From: a virus
Strand: one strand, 5' to 3'
DNA length: 64,000 bases
Virus record (IMG/VR): IMGVR_UViG_3300005663_000028
Span: 115,554 to 179,553 of that record
This document shows, in pieces, positions 9,740 through 19,908 of the stretch (position 1 is its first letter; every line of letters starts with the position of its first letter). Made by a program: the position numbers and the translations under genes. The notes beneath the pieces are model-generated. The model was not told the DNA's origin, did no database searches, and worked only from the letters and a program-made list of their open reading frames with translations.

Positions 9740-10692
9740 AACGGTGTCTCCCCATCTTCAATTTCAGTTATCGGACCTGAGCACATATCGCGCATAAAGC
9801 ATTTTTTACACGCATATTCATTATCCGTCTTGGGGAAAAAGTCGGGGTTGTCTCTATTTTCGAAAGCCTTCTTAAGCATTGGGGATTCATTCCGAATTAT
9901 ACCAGCCTGTCGCTTCATGTGCTGCATCGTTACTTCTAGATGTGGAGCGGCCTGTTCTCCCAATTCTGCAAACGCTGCGAGATACACTGGGATAATCACA
10001 ATATCTTCTGGCTTCTTGGCCCATTTCTGCTTTAAAGCATAAATCCCATAAGTAACCAACTGGTCTATCACTGAGTCAGACACTTTACCAGTCTTCCAGT
10101 CCAGGAGATAAACTTTACCTTTATACCTAAATCCACAGTCGATCTTAAGCGTTACCTCCTCTCCCGTGTCTAGCTGAAACTTCTGGAAATCCTCTAATGT
10201 CAACCAATCTTCGTTTTTCAGACCCTTAAGAACCTCGAATAGAGGCATCTCATAAAAAGCCTTGAGTGATTTTAAAACCTTCTGCTTACATCGATCGGTA
10301 GTATCCTTATCGATATCCTCTTGATAAAAATGTTCTGAGAGGTTAATATTTCCCTTTGGCCTCCCCTGCCACCTCTTATCGATGCTTTGCTTCCAGCCCT
10401 TTCTGAGAGCTTGAATGCCACCCTTTTGTGCTTGCTCTAAATTTATCCACTCTCCAGTGGCCCGACCAGTTGTGATGATTTCTTCTATGATATTATGCAC
10501 CACTGAGCCCGTCCACATCGCAAAATTCGTCATCTGTTTGAGCATATAGGCGCGCCTTTTTTCTTGAGGAGCTTGTGATTCCCAACCTTTCCAGGCAGTA
10601 TTATACATTAAATTATACTTCCACATACACTCTCGCATACACTGAACACGAGAATTCGACCACGCATAAGATTGCTCGAATATTTTACCCAT
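9736..10692 (-). CDS. PD-(D/E)XK nuclease (RecB/Cas4-like)
   Basis: KIDC...LLDWKTG; N-terminal Cys plus C-terminal CxxC-x5-C Fe-S staple pattern. Confidence 0.8.
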   Translation of the reverse strand: MGKIFEQSYAWSNSRVQCMRECMWKYNLMYNTAWKGWESQAPQEKRRAYMLKQMTNFAMWTGSVVHNIIEEIITTGRATGEWINLEQAQKGGIQALRKGWKQSIDKRWQGRPKGNINLSEHFYQEDIDKDTTDRCKQKVLKSLKAFYEMPLFEVLKGLKNEDWLTLEDFQKFQLDTGEEVTLKIDCGFRYKGKVYLLDWKTGKVSDSVIDQLVTYGIYALKQKWAKKPEDIVIIPVYLAAFAELGEQAAPHLEVTMQHMKRQAGIIRNESPMLKKAFENRDNPDFFPKTDNEYACKKCFMRDMCSGPITEIEDGETPF

Positions 10693-11335
10693 TGATTTTT
10701 CCTTTCCTTGTTCTTACCGGTGTCGTTAAAGCTTTTTCTATTGTCCATTTACGTCTTAATCTCGTAAAAAGTGTACTAGGTTTAATATCAACTTCTTCGG
10801 CCCAAGCTGCAATGCATTGTGTTTTCCCAAAACAAGTAATTAAACGATTGTTTCGCTTATTTCTCATTTGTTCTTTTTTAGTTGCCCATCGACAGTTGGA
10901 TTTATAGTATCCTTTATCATTATTAATTCTGTCAATCTGAAGCCCCTTTGGGGCTTCACCCATATCTTTGAGAAAATTTTCAAATTTTCTCCATCGCTTG
11001 CAGACTGTAATTCCTCGACCACCGTAATCTTTCCATTGTTTATTATTCGGATTATTACATCTTTGAATCATATCCTGCCATATTTGAAAAATACGAGTTA
11101 CTTTATTTTTTCTTGCGTGTCCGTGTTGAGTAAATCTTTTTATAGATTCTTCTTTTCGCCAACATCCACAACTTTGAGTATGACAATTCTTAAGACTCCC
11201 AGCCCGTGCAGTAATCTTATTTCCACAATCACATATACATAGCCACTGAATATTATTGTGTTTATCCTTGCCGTCCACACGAATAATAATCAATCTCCCG
11301 AACCTCTTCCCAGTTAAATCAATAAACTTACCCAC
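10685..11335 (-). CDS. HNH homing endonuclease (paralog 1)
   Basis: IDLTGKRFGRL, WLCICDCG, SCGC, YGGRGITVC, IDRINNDKGY...NCRWAT; start moved to GTG 11335 overlapping upstream stop. Confidence 0.85.
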   Translation of the reverse strand: MGKFIDLTGKRFGRLIIIRVDGKDKHNNIQWLCICDCGNKITARAGSLKNCHTQSCGCWRKEESIKRFTQHGHARKNKVTRIFQIWQDMIQRCNNPNNKQWKDYGGRGITVCKRWRKFENFLKDMGEAPKGLQIDRINNDKGYYKSNCRWATKKEQMRNKRNNRLITCFGKTQCIAAWAEEVDIKPSTLFTRLRRKWTIEKALTTPVRTRKGKING

Positions 11336-11882
11336 TTTTCCACTCTTCTCCTTCATCATCCTCATCGTCACAATCATTCTCATTCTCATCCTCATCCTCA
11401 CCATATTTATCCAACCACATCCCGACTCCTTCCAGGACTCCTTCTCCTATTATGGAAATACCCATCGCTTGCATGAATAGATTCTCAGAATCATAAATCA
11501 GTTTCAGGATAGGTTCGTCGTCAATTACAATGGATGTCAAAGAAAACTCGAAAATAAAGTAGATAATTTTTAACACTTCAGATGACAATGATTGTCGAGC
11601 AGCCATTTCGTCTAATAGATGGCGTAACGATTTTTGGCAATTATCTTTGAATTCGATGTCTTGTTGATCGATTTCCAAAAATTCTTCTGCAACAGCCTCA
11701 ATTACCTTGACAACCTTTCTGGATTCCCAGCGAAGGACATAAACAGTTGTCATTGCAGACTTCATTTTGATTTTTTCAAATCCCTCAATAATGTCTTTAT
11801 GTTCCTGATCATTTTCAGGTGCGAGCATTTTGACATTATGTTCTTCAACAACCTTCACTTTTCTTCTCCTTAATAATCTCAT
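11328..11882 (-). CDS. Hypothetical acidic protein
   Basis: SD-preceded ORF with D/E-rich tail. Confidence 0.55.
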   Translation of the reverse strand: MRLLRRRKVKVVEEHNVKMLAPENDQEHKDIIEGFEKIKMKSAMTTVYVLRWESRKVVKVIEAVAEEFLEIDQQDIEFKDNCQKSLRHLLDEMAARQSLSSEVLKIIYFIFEFSLTSIVIDDEPILKLIYDSENLFMQAMGISIIGEGVLEGVGMWLDKYGEDEDENENDCDDEDDEGEEWKSG

Positions 11883-11912
11883 TACCGTCCACTAACAACG
11901 ATCACAATCAAT
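11870..11912. repeat. 43-bp direct repeat, copy 1
   Basis: TTAATAATCTCATTACCGTCCACTAACAACGATCACAATCAAT; 4 mismatches to 12270-12312. Confidence 0.9.
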
Positions 11913-12282
11913 CTTTCACACAATCACAATCAATATCCCGATTTAGCATAGGAACTCGTCCTGTTCCATGACAGTCCAGACACCTTGTGTTTGGCAATTG
12001 ACTAAACCAATCGATAAATGACTTAATAGTACCTTGATCCACAATAAAAAGATACCCACTTAAAAATACCTCAAAATAATCTCTATTATCTTTTAGTGCG
12101 GACTGTAATTCATCACAAAAGACCTTGTGTTGTTTAATTGGACGAGTAAGTGAGTGTATGGGTTCGATATTGGGAGGGTGTGTGATTTCTGTAAGAATAC
12201 CTTGATCACAATATGTATAAGTTATTGTAGTTTGTCCTGTACTGATCAACATTGAGTTATTAGAATCTTTTAATAATCTCAT
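11908..12282 (-). CDS. Hypothetical protein with C-terminal CxxCxGxG motif
   Basis: ORF lying between the two direct repeats. Confidence 0.55.
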   Translation of the reverse strand: MRLLKDSNNSMLISTGQTTITYTYCDQGILTEITHPPNIEPIHSLTRPIKQHKVFCDELQSALKDNRDYFEVFLSGYLFIVDQGTIKSFIDWFSQLPNTRCLDCHGTGRVPMLNRDIDCDCVKD

Positions 12283-12312
12283 TACCGCCCCCTAACAACG
12301 ATCGCAATCGAT
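12270..12312. repeat. 43-bp direct repeat, copy 2
   Basis: TTAATAATCTCATTACCGCCCCCTAACAACGATCGCAATCGAT. Confidence 0.9.
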
Positions 12313-12549
12313 AGTTTTGGAAACACGTCTATTTTCACCACAAGTAGCTTGAGCACATGAAGCATCGTTATCTCGAACCCTAACTTTCCCTGTTCCATTA
12401 CACTTTAAGCAAGTAGCCATTCGGACCATTGCGACACAATTACCACACAGATCATAAATGCCAAAAGACACACTGCCCTTATCTTCACTGTTTATACCCT
12501 CATTACAAATATCACATTTACGACTTTTCATTTTCTTCCCCTTAAACAA
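12292..12549 (-). CDS. Hypothetical Zn-finger protein
   Basis: CDIC, CGNC, CLKCNGTG. Confidence 0.55.
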   Translation of the reverse strand: MFKGKKMKSRKCDICNEGINSEDKGSVSFGIYDLCGNCVAMVRMATCLKCNGTGKVRVRDNDASCAQATCGENRRVSKTIDCDRC

Positions 12550-13717
12550 AAATTGGAGCTTCCACAGTCTTACCCTTCAAAGGGTGTATTAAGAAAAATG
12601 ACTGCTGTGGAGTTTCGAAGGCAGCTTTTATGCTAAGACTATATGGTCCATACCCAATTATCGATCCATTTCCAACAAAGTTTTTGCTAGAAATCCTCTG
12701 GTGCCAGTGGCCAAAAACATCCAAGCTTGCCGGTTTGGATTGATTCCACTTATCTATTGCTTTATTCAAGGGGATAGTAACTCCCCCTACTCCCCCTGCA
12801 TATCGTATATAGTTCCCGTGATGAAATCGTATGGTCTGATCATATACATCTAAATAATTGAAATACCCTCTAGACAACTTAAATCGTACCACCTTAGACT
12901 GTTCATAGTATGACAGCAAAAAGTTGTAGATTAGCCATTCGAAGTTGTTTTCAACGCATGTAGATATTCTTATCTTCGGCGTCGTCCGACTATGGTTCCC
13001 AACGCTGGTGACAACAGTTATCTCGTCAAAGTCCCCATTTTCTACCATATAGTCTATCGCTGATACGCACATCTTGTATACGTCTATAGAAGCTTCTACC
13101 GGGGACATAGCATTGCTTTCCATAAGCTCTTCGTGTATGTATCCAGCGATCATATCTCCACCGAGCCAAAGTACTAATTTTCTAATATTTGACTTAGACC
13201 TTGTCATGTCTATCAACTTCAAGCCGTTCTTAAATACTTTGTTGAATCGCTCTTTAGCTATCTTTGGATTATATTCATTGAGTCCATCTATGGTTCTCGG
13301 ATCAACAATCTCTTCGTAGTGTAAATCAGAACACAGGATGACAGCAGTAGACTCAGAAGGTCTACCATCTGTGACCACCTTTATTTTTTCGTGATCTATT
13401 AGATCAAGGTTTCTACTAAATAACTCTATGCTGTTGAGTTGATTCGTCTGTTGCTCCATCACCCCAAGAAGTTCATCATACTTTTTCTTTAGCAATCTCT
13501 TTTCTATTGTCGCTCTCTTCAGTTTCGCATCCAGACCAATCTCTTGTCCAGCAGACAACTGTGGAGTCCCTGGTACATAACCTTTGTCTAGGGCCTTATT
13601 GTAGCGACTACTAAGGGTTTTGCGAGGAATACCCATCACTTTTGCCGCTTCCGTTACGCTACTGTACTGCGATACAGCATCTATTGCCTCTTGTAATGTT
13701 TTGTTTTCACTTTCCAT
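12542..13717 (-). CDS. HTH plus calcineurin-like metallophosphoesterase
   Basis: SDLH, GD, GNH, HHG, GHWH motifs; N-terminal SVTEAAKVMGIPRKTLSSR HTH. Confidence 0.8.
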   Translation of the reverse strand: MESENKTLQEAIDAVSQYSSVTEAAKVMGIPRKTLSSRYNKALDKGYVPGTPQLSAGQEIGLDAKLKRATIEKRLLKKKYDELLGVMEQQTNQLNSIELFSRNLDLIDHEKIKVVTDGRPSESTAVILCSDLHYEEIVDPRTIDGLNEYNPKIAKERFNKVFKNGLKLIDMTRSKSNIRKLVLWLGGDMIAGYIHEELMESNAMSPVEASIDVYKMCVSAIDYMVENGDFDEITVVTSVGNHSRTTPKIRISTCVENNFEWLIYNFLLSYYEQSKVVRFKLSRGYFNYLDVYDQTIRFHHGNYIRYAGGVGGVTIPLNKAIDKWNQSKPASLDVFGHWHQRISSKNFVGNGSIIGYGPYSLSIKAAFETPQQSFFLIHPLKGKTVEAPIFV

Positions 13718-13746
13718 AGTTTCTAATCACCTTTCTTCGACGATTT

Positions 13747-15516
13747 CTAAAGATCACATGTACCACTAGGGCAGTCATCAACTGCCGCCTGTTCTTCCGA
13801 CTGCTCCAAGTACTTTTTAGCTTCTGACAGCGGGACAGGTGTTAGGGGAGACTCGCTCCGACTACCGTCCCGATATATGGTAACACCCTTCAACTCACCT
13901 ATGTATTTTCTGATAGCGAGGGATAGTTGCTCGACAGAAAAGTCTGTAGAAACATTAATTGTTTTGCTAATCGCCCCGTCAATATGTCTCTGACACACCG
14001 CTTGCATTTTCAGATGATCTTCTGGTGAAATATCGTGTGCGTTTTGAATGTGCTTAATGGACTTATTTTTCCTGAGAAACTCAGCTAGTAATGGATGAAT
14101 TATAACTCTTGTTGTTCCATTTCTTTTATCTTTGTTGTGCATGTCTTTGTGTTTGTTGAATCGTCTCTTATGAACTGCCTGAAACACTGGTTCTATACCC
14201 GACGAACAACCAGCGACTAATGAGATAGTCCCGGTCGGCGCGGCCGCTAGTAAGGCACAATTGCGAATACCATGTTCTTTGATTAGACGATGATGACTGC
14301 GAGTAAGATGTTTTTTTGCAAATCCAGTTCTGGTGTGCTTAGTTGCATCAAAAGCTTGAAATGACCCCTTCTCTACGGCCAAAGTAATACTAGCATGATA
14401 AGCCTGCTTTTTGATAAAGTTCATAACCTTATCCACAACTTCTCTAGCTTCTTTACTAGAATATTTGAGGCCAAGTTCAATCAACATGTCGTGCAACCCC
14501 ATGACACCTAAACCAATCCGACGATGTTTTTGTGATGTCTGCTTAATGATTTCGAGTGGGTAATTGTTTTGTTCCAATACGTTGTCTAGAAACCTGACTC
14601 CAATAGCAACAGTTTCTTCTAGTAAGTCCCAATCTACTTCTCCGTTTATTATATGTGTGTGGAGATTAACAGCACCTAAGCAACAACATCCGTATTCTTC
14701 CAACGAAACCTCACCACATGGATTAGGAGACGAAACCTCTCCACCACTAACATATGATATAGTATTTTGTTCTTGCATGAGGCCCATATTGAGTAAACCA
14801 GGGTCTCCACCGTTCCATGCATTTTGAATAATCTTATCCCACAAGTCTTGAGCAGCAATCTTTCCTCGCTCTTCACCCTGCCACTTAAAGACTACGTCTT
14901 CCTTACTATCCAGTAGTTTGAAAAACTCATCATCAACCAGTACAGAAATGTTTGCATTAGTCAACTCATTATGGTCTAGCTTAGCTTCAAGAAACTCTGG
15001 CAAATCAGGGTGTCTCCAATCAAGACAGTAGAGTAAGGCACTTCTTCTGCCACCTCCCTCACGTAACTCATTACAGACTGCGTTTATGGCTCGCATAAGA
15101 CTAACCGCTCCGGTAGCCTCGCCGCCAGTTCCTCGAATGGGAGTACCTCTTGGACGTATTTTTGAAAAGCTAATTCCAACCCCTCCGCCTGTACCAGATA
15201 TAATCGTAACCGACCTGAGAACATCTCCCCATCCTTCTCTACTATCCTCAGCAGGCAAACAAAAACAATTTAATAACATCCCCCTTGGTCGTCCTGCTCC
15301 CCTCCATATTCTTCCCCCAGGAGAAAACCGGTTGGTTTGCAAAACATCCAAAAATCTATCAAAGTATTCATTTCGTTTAGTACCTAATTCTGCATCAGCT
15401 ATTGTTCGAGCTACTCGTTCACACGCTTCGGCAAAAGTTTCATCTTTGTGGATTGCATAACGATCTAGAAAAATTTCTAGAGCATTGCCTTTTGGTTCGT
15501 AAACTTCCAGACTCAC
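13747..15516 (-). CDS. nrdJ: Ribonucleotide reductase, class II (adenosylcobalamin-dependent)
   Basis: FSPGGR, LLNCF, GGGVG, NPCGE, APTGT, KGVTIYRDGSR, C-terminal CPSGTC; no nrdB or nrdG in window. Confidence 0.88.
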   Translation of the reverse strand: MSLEVYEPKGNALEIFLDRYAIHKDETFAEACERVARTIADAELGTKRNEYFDRFLDVLQTNRFSPGGRIWRGAGRPRGMLLNCFCLPAEDSREGWGDVLRSVTIISGTGGGVGISFSKIRPRGTPIRGTGGEATGAVSLMRAINAVCNELREGGGRRSALLYCLDWRHPDLPEFLEAKLDHNELTNANISVLVDDEFFKLLDSKEDVVFKWQGEERGKIAAQDLWDKIIQNAWNGGDPGLLNMGLMQEQNTISYVSGGEVSSPNPCGEVSLEEYGCCCLGAVNLHTHIINGEVDWDLLEETVAIGVRFLDNVLEQNNYPLEIIKQTSQKHRRIGLGVMGLHDMLIELGLKYSSKEAREVVDKVMNFIKKQAYHASITLAVEKGSFQAFDATKHTRTGFAKKHLTRSHHRLIKEHGIRNCALLAAAPTGTISLVAGCSSGIEPVFQAVHKRRFNKHKDMHNKDKRNGTTRVIIHPLLAEFLRKNKSIKHIQNAHDISPEDHLKMQAVCQRHIDGAISKTINVSTDFSVEQLSLAIRKYIGELKGVTIYRDGSRSESPLTPVPLSEAKKYLEQSEEQAAVDDCPSGTCDL

Positions 15517-16169
15517 TAAGCATCTCCCCCTTTTATATGCATCCCCTGAAACGGACAGGTGAATTTAGGTTGTTCGGTCCCAGGCTGTTTTCTTAGATAA
15601 GACAAAACGGCTGAGTAAAATGGTTCTATGTATCTATTATAATACTGTTTAGAACCTGAATAAGATGCAGAATCTGCAATCCGTACAGCAAACCAATTAC
15701 CTATGTTGTCTTGCCCCACATCGGCAACAAATTTACGTATTGTTTTTTCCCGTGCCGCATTGCTTATGTCATACATATGAGTAGAGACTATTCGAGACAC
15801 TCGATCAATTATGTAGTCAGAAGCGCCCCATGAACTCAAAGTATCTTCAGCAATATTCGCCGACGCTATGGGGTGTCCAGGAAACCTAGGCAAAGATGGA
15901 TCATCAACTGGTTGTATATCACATTTCCCAAGATCGTGGAATAAACCTGCAAGCAAAGCTATGTCTTTATCGTCATGCAAAAGATCGATCACCGCCATTG
16001 TGTGTTCCCATACTGACTGGCCGTTTTTTTGATTTACATATTTCGTCGCTTCGAGTTCTGGAAAATTAATGCTTGGACATATCCAACACATACTTGGCCA
16101 ATCATTTCGCATTCGCAACAAAATTGTTTTCAGTGATGACGATTTAGTCATCACACACCACATTTTCAT
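15516..16169 (-). CDS. HD-domain phosphohydrolase (resembles CCA-enzyme C-terminal HD region)
   Basis: VWEHT, LFHDLGK, FPGH, THM. Confidence 0.75.
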   Translation of the reverse strand: MKMWCVMTKSSSLKTILLRMRNDWPSMCWICPSINFPELEATKYVNQKNGQSVWEHTMAVIDLLHDDKDIALLAGLFHDLGKCDIQPVDDPSLPRFPGHPIASANIAEDTLSSWGASDYIIDRVSRIVSTHMYDISNAAREKTIRKFVADVGQDNIGNWFAVRIADSASYSGSKQYYNRYIEPFYSAVLSYLRKQPGTEQPKFTCPFQGMHIKGGDA

Positions 16170-16983
16170 CGATAAATTGATTCACTATTGTCATAGAAAT
16201 AGCATAAGATAGGTGGGGAAAAAATTGTCCATTAAAAGCAATGTCAACCTTAAATGGAATGCCTATCAAATAATAGTGACCATCGTAGAACTTAAACAAA
16301 CCACCACCACTGGAGCCTGGGGCTATATGTGCCGTACTAGTGTATAGGGTGTATTCTTGTCCGTCCTGAATCTTAGTCAATATCTGAGACACAATCCCAA
16401 AAGTGGGACTAGGACTATTTCCAAGTTGACAACCAACCGCATATACTTCATCAAAAACTCTTACGATTTCTAACATTTTTTGGTTGGCTAATTTTACTAC
16501 GGCAAATTGTTTAGAAGACTCAAACGACAAAAGGGCTAAGTCGCGATGAATACTTTCGGCAACGATCCGTGTTTTATGTCGCGTTCTTTCTTTTGTTTGA
16601 TGGTCAAACGTTAGAACAGAACAACCATAATTAACTTTTACTATTTTTGGTTTACCCGTTACAACATCTGCTCCAACCACATATTCAGCAATACGATTTG
16701 CTATAACGTGTGCGTTAGTTAACACCCTATATTCGAATACCTCTTTTTCGTCAATATCTAAACGATCAATGATGGTCCCAGACCCATTTCCGAAATGTGT
16801 CCCAACGAGAACTACAACATCCCTCATTTCTTTTTGTTTCAAAGTGATCGTGTCTACGGACACAACAATCGTTGATTCTGTATTGTGACTACTGTCTACT
16901 GTTTCGGGAGCAGAAATCAACATAATTCCTGCAAGTAAACCAATAATATATTGCACTATCTTCAAAAACATTTTTACTCCCAA
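16144..16983 (-). CDS. Trypsin-like serine protease with N-terminal signal/anchor
   Basis: TNAHV, DLALL, GSSGGG catalytic triad. Confidence 0.85.
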   Translation of the reverse strand: MGVKMFLKIVQYIIGLLAGIMLISAPETVDSSHNTESTIVVSVDTITLKQKEMRDVVVLVGTHFGNGSGTIIDRLDIDEKEVFEYRVLTNAHVIANRIAEYVVGADVVTGKPKIVKVNYGCSVLTFDHQTKERTRHKTRIVAESIHRDLALLSFESSKQFAVVKLANQKMLEIVRVFDEVYAVGCQLGNSPSPTFGIVSQILTKIQDGQEYTLYTSTAHIAPGSSGGGLFKFYDGHYYLIGIPFKVDIAFNGQFFPHLSYAISMTIVNQFIDENVVCDD

Positions 16984-16987
16984 AAAT

Positions 16988-17017
16988 ATAAGGGTGGTCC
17001 AACTGGACCACCCTTAT
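16988..17017 (-). terminator. Perfect 13-bp hairpin, likely intrinsic terminator
   Basis: ATAAGGGTGGTCC-AACT-GGACCACCCTTAT, followed by ATTTTT on minus strand. Confidence 0.65.
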
Positions 17018-17025
17018 TAATGCGA

Positions 17026-17472
17026 TTAATTCCTAAATTCCTCAACGGCATCAAGAGCACCATCGATACCTGCGTTGATTAGACCAATAATGAGTTCTTG
17101 GTCATCAGTAACGCTAAGATTTGCCCTAACTAAATATCTCTCCAATAAATCAATAATCGTTAAGCCGTAAATTTGATATTTCTGTGGAAGCTGCATTTTT
17201 GCAAGCTGCCGAGCACCAGCAAAATTAGGGGTACCGGGTACAGCCAACAAATCTTTTAACGCAATCAAATATCCTTCTACGACTACCACATCCTCAGAAG
17301 GAGTATTTGCCTCACTTAAAACAAGTCTCGTAGCCAGTTTAGAAAAGACAAAAATATCAGACTTGAGAGTCTGTGCATTATCCTGCCAATTGTTTCCGTT
17401 TGTCGTAGAACAACCAGCCATTGGCAAAACCATCGCCACCAACATCAACAATACTGCTAAAACACGCTTCAT
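17026..17472 (-). CDS. Lipoprotein of unknown function
   Basis: Signal peptide with lipobox MAGC. Confidence 0.7.
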   Translation of the reverse strand: MKRVLAVLLMLVAMVLPMAGCSTTNGNNWQDNAQTLKSDIFVFSKLATRLVLSEANTPSEDVVVVEGYLIALKDLLAVPGTPNFAGARQLAKMQLPQKYQIYGLTIIDLLERYLVRANLSVTDDQELIIGLINAGIDGALDAVEEFRN

Positions 17473-17516
17473 TATCCATTCTCCTTACACACAAAAACTA
17501 TAATCCAGTTAAGGGT

Positions 17517-17864
17517 TTATACACCTTCCGACCTACCTCTTTCCAATTTTTCTCGTCTCCTTTGTTTAGACACTTGGTTCTCACTTCCCTCATTTTTATT
17601 TCTTTCATCCCTATCTTTACCAAATTTTCGTCCCCTCTTTTGTTTTTGTGATTTGTCACCGTGTATAGTAGCAGTATTAATTCTGTAACATTCTCCACAT
17701 TCTACATTTCCTGTACCTGTATTAATATGTTTTTTCCTGCATTCACCTTCACATTTTAACACATGTCCCCCAGAACAGGCACACAAATCAACCCCCAATA
17801 ATCGTTCTAAACGATTAATTCGTTTTTTAGCTTTGTTGCTCTTGTTTCTAACCTTTTCGTTCAC
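17517..17864 (-). CDS. Hypothetical Cys/Lys-rich protein
   Basis: Tiled ORF. Confidence 0.45.
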   Translation of the reverse strand: MNEKVRNKSNKAKKRINRLERLLGVDLCACSGGHVLKCEGECRKKHINTGTGNVECGECYRINTATIHGDKSQKQKRGRKFGKDRDERNKNEGSENQVSKQRRREKLERGRSEGV

Positions 17865-17865
17865 A

Positions 17866-18381
17866 CTACTTCTCCAATTCCATCTGATGCCTCTGTCGCA
17901 TTTTACCTATTGCCCTATCCCTTGTTCGACAAATTGTAGAAGAAACACTCCCACAATTTTGTGATATTTCTCTGATAGTTTTATTGTTAAAAAATAATTC
18001 TATTATTACATGATGTTCGTCCCTGGTTAAAAAGCTGAGATATTCTTGCACTGTCATATTCGCATCCATATCGTGGATAGGACTAACAATATTAGCTGTT
18101 GAATTTTCAGATACGGATTGTGTGCGACTTGCCCTCTGTTCCACATCTCGAACATGTCGTAACACACCAAATAGTCTACTATAGAAAAATGTTGTAAACG
18201 CCCCTCGCCCATCGTAGCGAATCATACATCTTAGCAACTCCTCTTTCGCGTGAGACTTTAGATTCTCTATATTCATCCTGTTACGACTAACCCTATAAAC
18301 TATCCTATGTATTAAAGGTACGTATTTTTTACAAGCGTACATAAAATATGCTTTTGTTATACGGCGTTCCGGTGAAATCAT
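17866..18381 (-). CDS. RNA polymerase sigma factor (sigma70-family regions 2 and 4)
   Basis: YDGRGAFTTFFY region 2; FLTRDEHHVIIELFF...TIREISQ...RAIGKMR region 4 HTH. Confidence 0.75.
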   Translation of the reverse strand: MISPERRITKAYFMYACKKYVPLIHRIVYRVSRNRMNIENLKSHAKEELLRCMIRYDGRGAFTTFFYSRLFGVLRHVRDVEQRASRTQSVSENSTANIVSPIHDMDANMTVQEYLSFLTRDEHHVIIELFFNNKTIREISQNCGSVSSTICRTRDRAIGKMRQRHQMELEK

Positions 18382-19034
18382 TAAATAAAATCTCCGTCAA
18401 TTTGCTGTTCCATCTTCGGGGTCCAAATACCATCGATTAAACCTATTTTCATTGCTTGTTTAGGAGACATCCATCCAGTATCTCGCATAAGTTCCTTAAG
18501 CTTTTTCGGAGAAAGCTTTGATCTTTTCGCTAAATCGGTTACCTTCTTGTCATAATCATCCTTCAGATAACCTGTCATTGCTAAGTGCTTCTCAATGGAA
18601 TCCGCTGGAGCTTGAATTACTATAGAATGTAACATCATTGACGAATTGGGTGTTGCAAATCTAAACCCTTTTGTTCCATACATGGCAATCATAGCGCCCA
18701 TAGAATGAGCATATCCACGAACAATAGTATTGATGGGAGCACGACACGCTGCCATTTGATCTATAATTGCGTATCCAGAAGACATACACCCTCCTGGACT
18801 ATTGATGTACATATATATAGGGTCTTTAGATAAAGAAAACACTTGCAAATAACTACAAGTTTGTAAAGACGTGATTTCATCTATAACACCAGAAATTAGT
18901 AGTCGCCGTGTTTTTATTAGGAAATCTTCAACCAACTCATTAAACTCTACACAAATCGAACCGCCCCCCTCCTGTTCTGGACTATGTGTTTCTTCACAAT
19001 TACCGTTGCATTTCTTTTTTTTACTAAACTGCAT
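18381..19034 (-). CDS. clpP: ClpP-family protease subunit
   Basis: YINSPGG, AHSMGA (Ser), MLH (His), RD (Asp), AMKIGLIDGI. Confidence 0.9.
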   Translation of the reverse strand: MQFSKKKKCNGNCEETHSPEQEGGGSICVEFNELVEDFLIKTRRLLISGVIDEITSLQTCSYLQVFSLSKDPIYMYINSPGGCMSSGYAIIDQMAACRAPINTIVRGYAHSMGAMIAMYGTKGFRFATPNSSMMLHSIVIQAPADSIEKHLAMTGYLKDDYDKKVTDLAKRSKLSPKKLKELMRDTGWMSPKQAMKIGLIDGIWTPKMEQQIDGDFI

Positions 19035-19908
19035 TAATTTCTCCGAAAGGATGACACCGTTTGTGGAGTAATTTCAATTTTTCTGGACTAGTGACAAGAT
19101 AAGTCTGTGTTGTCGATAGATGTTTGTGACCCAACAAAACTTGAATAAGTTCAAGATCAACTCCTCGATCCATAAGTGACGTTGCGCATGATCGTCGCAG
19201 TGTATGAGAAGTAGTGTGTTTCACACCAGCACGACGCGAAAGAGATAGTAACATACCACTAACCGCCCTGCGACTAATCCTCTGGCCATCCCCCTTGACA
19301 AAAACAGCATTAGAGGTAGATTTCCGTTCTAAATCTATGTATTCTTTAATAGCCTCTATGCATCGACTAGTGGTTGGGACGATTCTCTCGCAGAAACCCT
19401 TGCCCTTCACCTTCATTTCTCGTCTGGCAAAATTGATGTCGCAGACATCAAGACTACATAATTCTGAGACTCGCAGCCCACTGTGATACATAGTCAGTAT
19501 AATAGCGACATCCCTACGAACGTTAGTTGCTCGCAATACGGGTACACGATTTTCCACAGTGGCCACCAGAGCGTCCACAGCCTGAGATTCAAGTACATCA
19601 AATGTTCCTTTTTCAATACGAACAGAGTCTGTCATTCCTAGAATGTTTTTATCCAATTTTCCAAGACTGATGAGGTGGTTACAAAAACAACGAATAGACA
19701 TGTATTTTCTACGTACACTTGTCGACTTAAGCCCTCGTTGGTGTAGACTGCTAACAAATTCTTCAATAAGTTTCGCCGTCAACTGTTTGTTTCCGATAAA
19801 ACATAGAAATTCTTTCACATCTCTAGTGTACGCTGAAAGTGTTTCCTGAGATAAACCAAGTTCTGTTAGGATGTATGTTTCAAACCCATCAATTGTTAGG
19901 GAAGTCAC
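19024..19908 (-). CDS. XerC/XerD-like tyrosine recombinase
   Basis: GLRVSEL, VKGKG, HTLRRS, LGH, TQTY: complete R-K-H-R-H-Y set. Confidence 0.9.
   Translation of the reverse strand: MTSLTIDGFETYILTELGLSQETLSAYTRDVKEFLCFIGNKQLTAKLIEEFVSSLHQRGLKSTSVRRKYMSIRCFCNHLISLGKLDKNILGMTDSVRIEKGTFDVLESQAVDALVATVENRVPVLRATNVRRDVAIILTMYHSGLRVSELCSLDVCDINFARREMKVKGKGFCERIVPTTSRCIEAIKEYIDLERKSTSNAVFVKGDGQRISRRAVSGMLLSLSRRAGVKHTTSHTLRRSCATSLMDRGVDLELIQVLLGHKHLSTTQTYLVTSPEKLKLLHKRCHPFGEINAV

Noticed and set aside
9736-10692. Cas4-like nuclease as a sign of CRISPR
   Set aside because: No repeat-spacer array or other cas genes are seen; stand-alone Cas4/RecB-like nucleases are common in phages.
11340-11404. Microsatellite-like CATCCT/CATTCT run and the track's MRMRMR start for the HNH
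   Set aside because: It is the Asp/Glu-rich tail of the upstream gene read in another frame.
18381-19034. ClpP as a prohead protease
   Set aside because: No portal, capsid or terminase neighbours; the context is regulatory.
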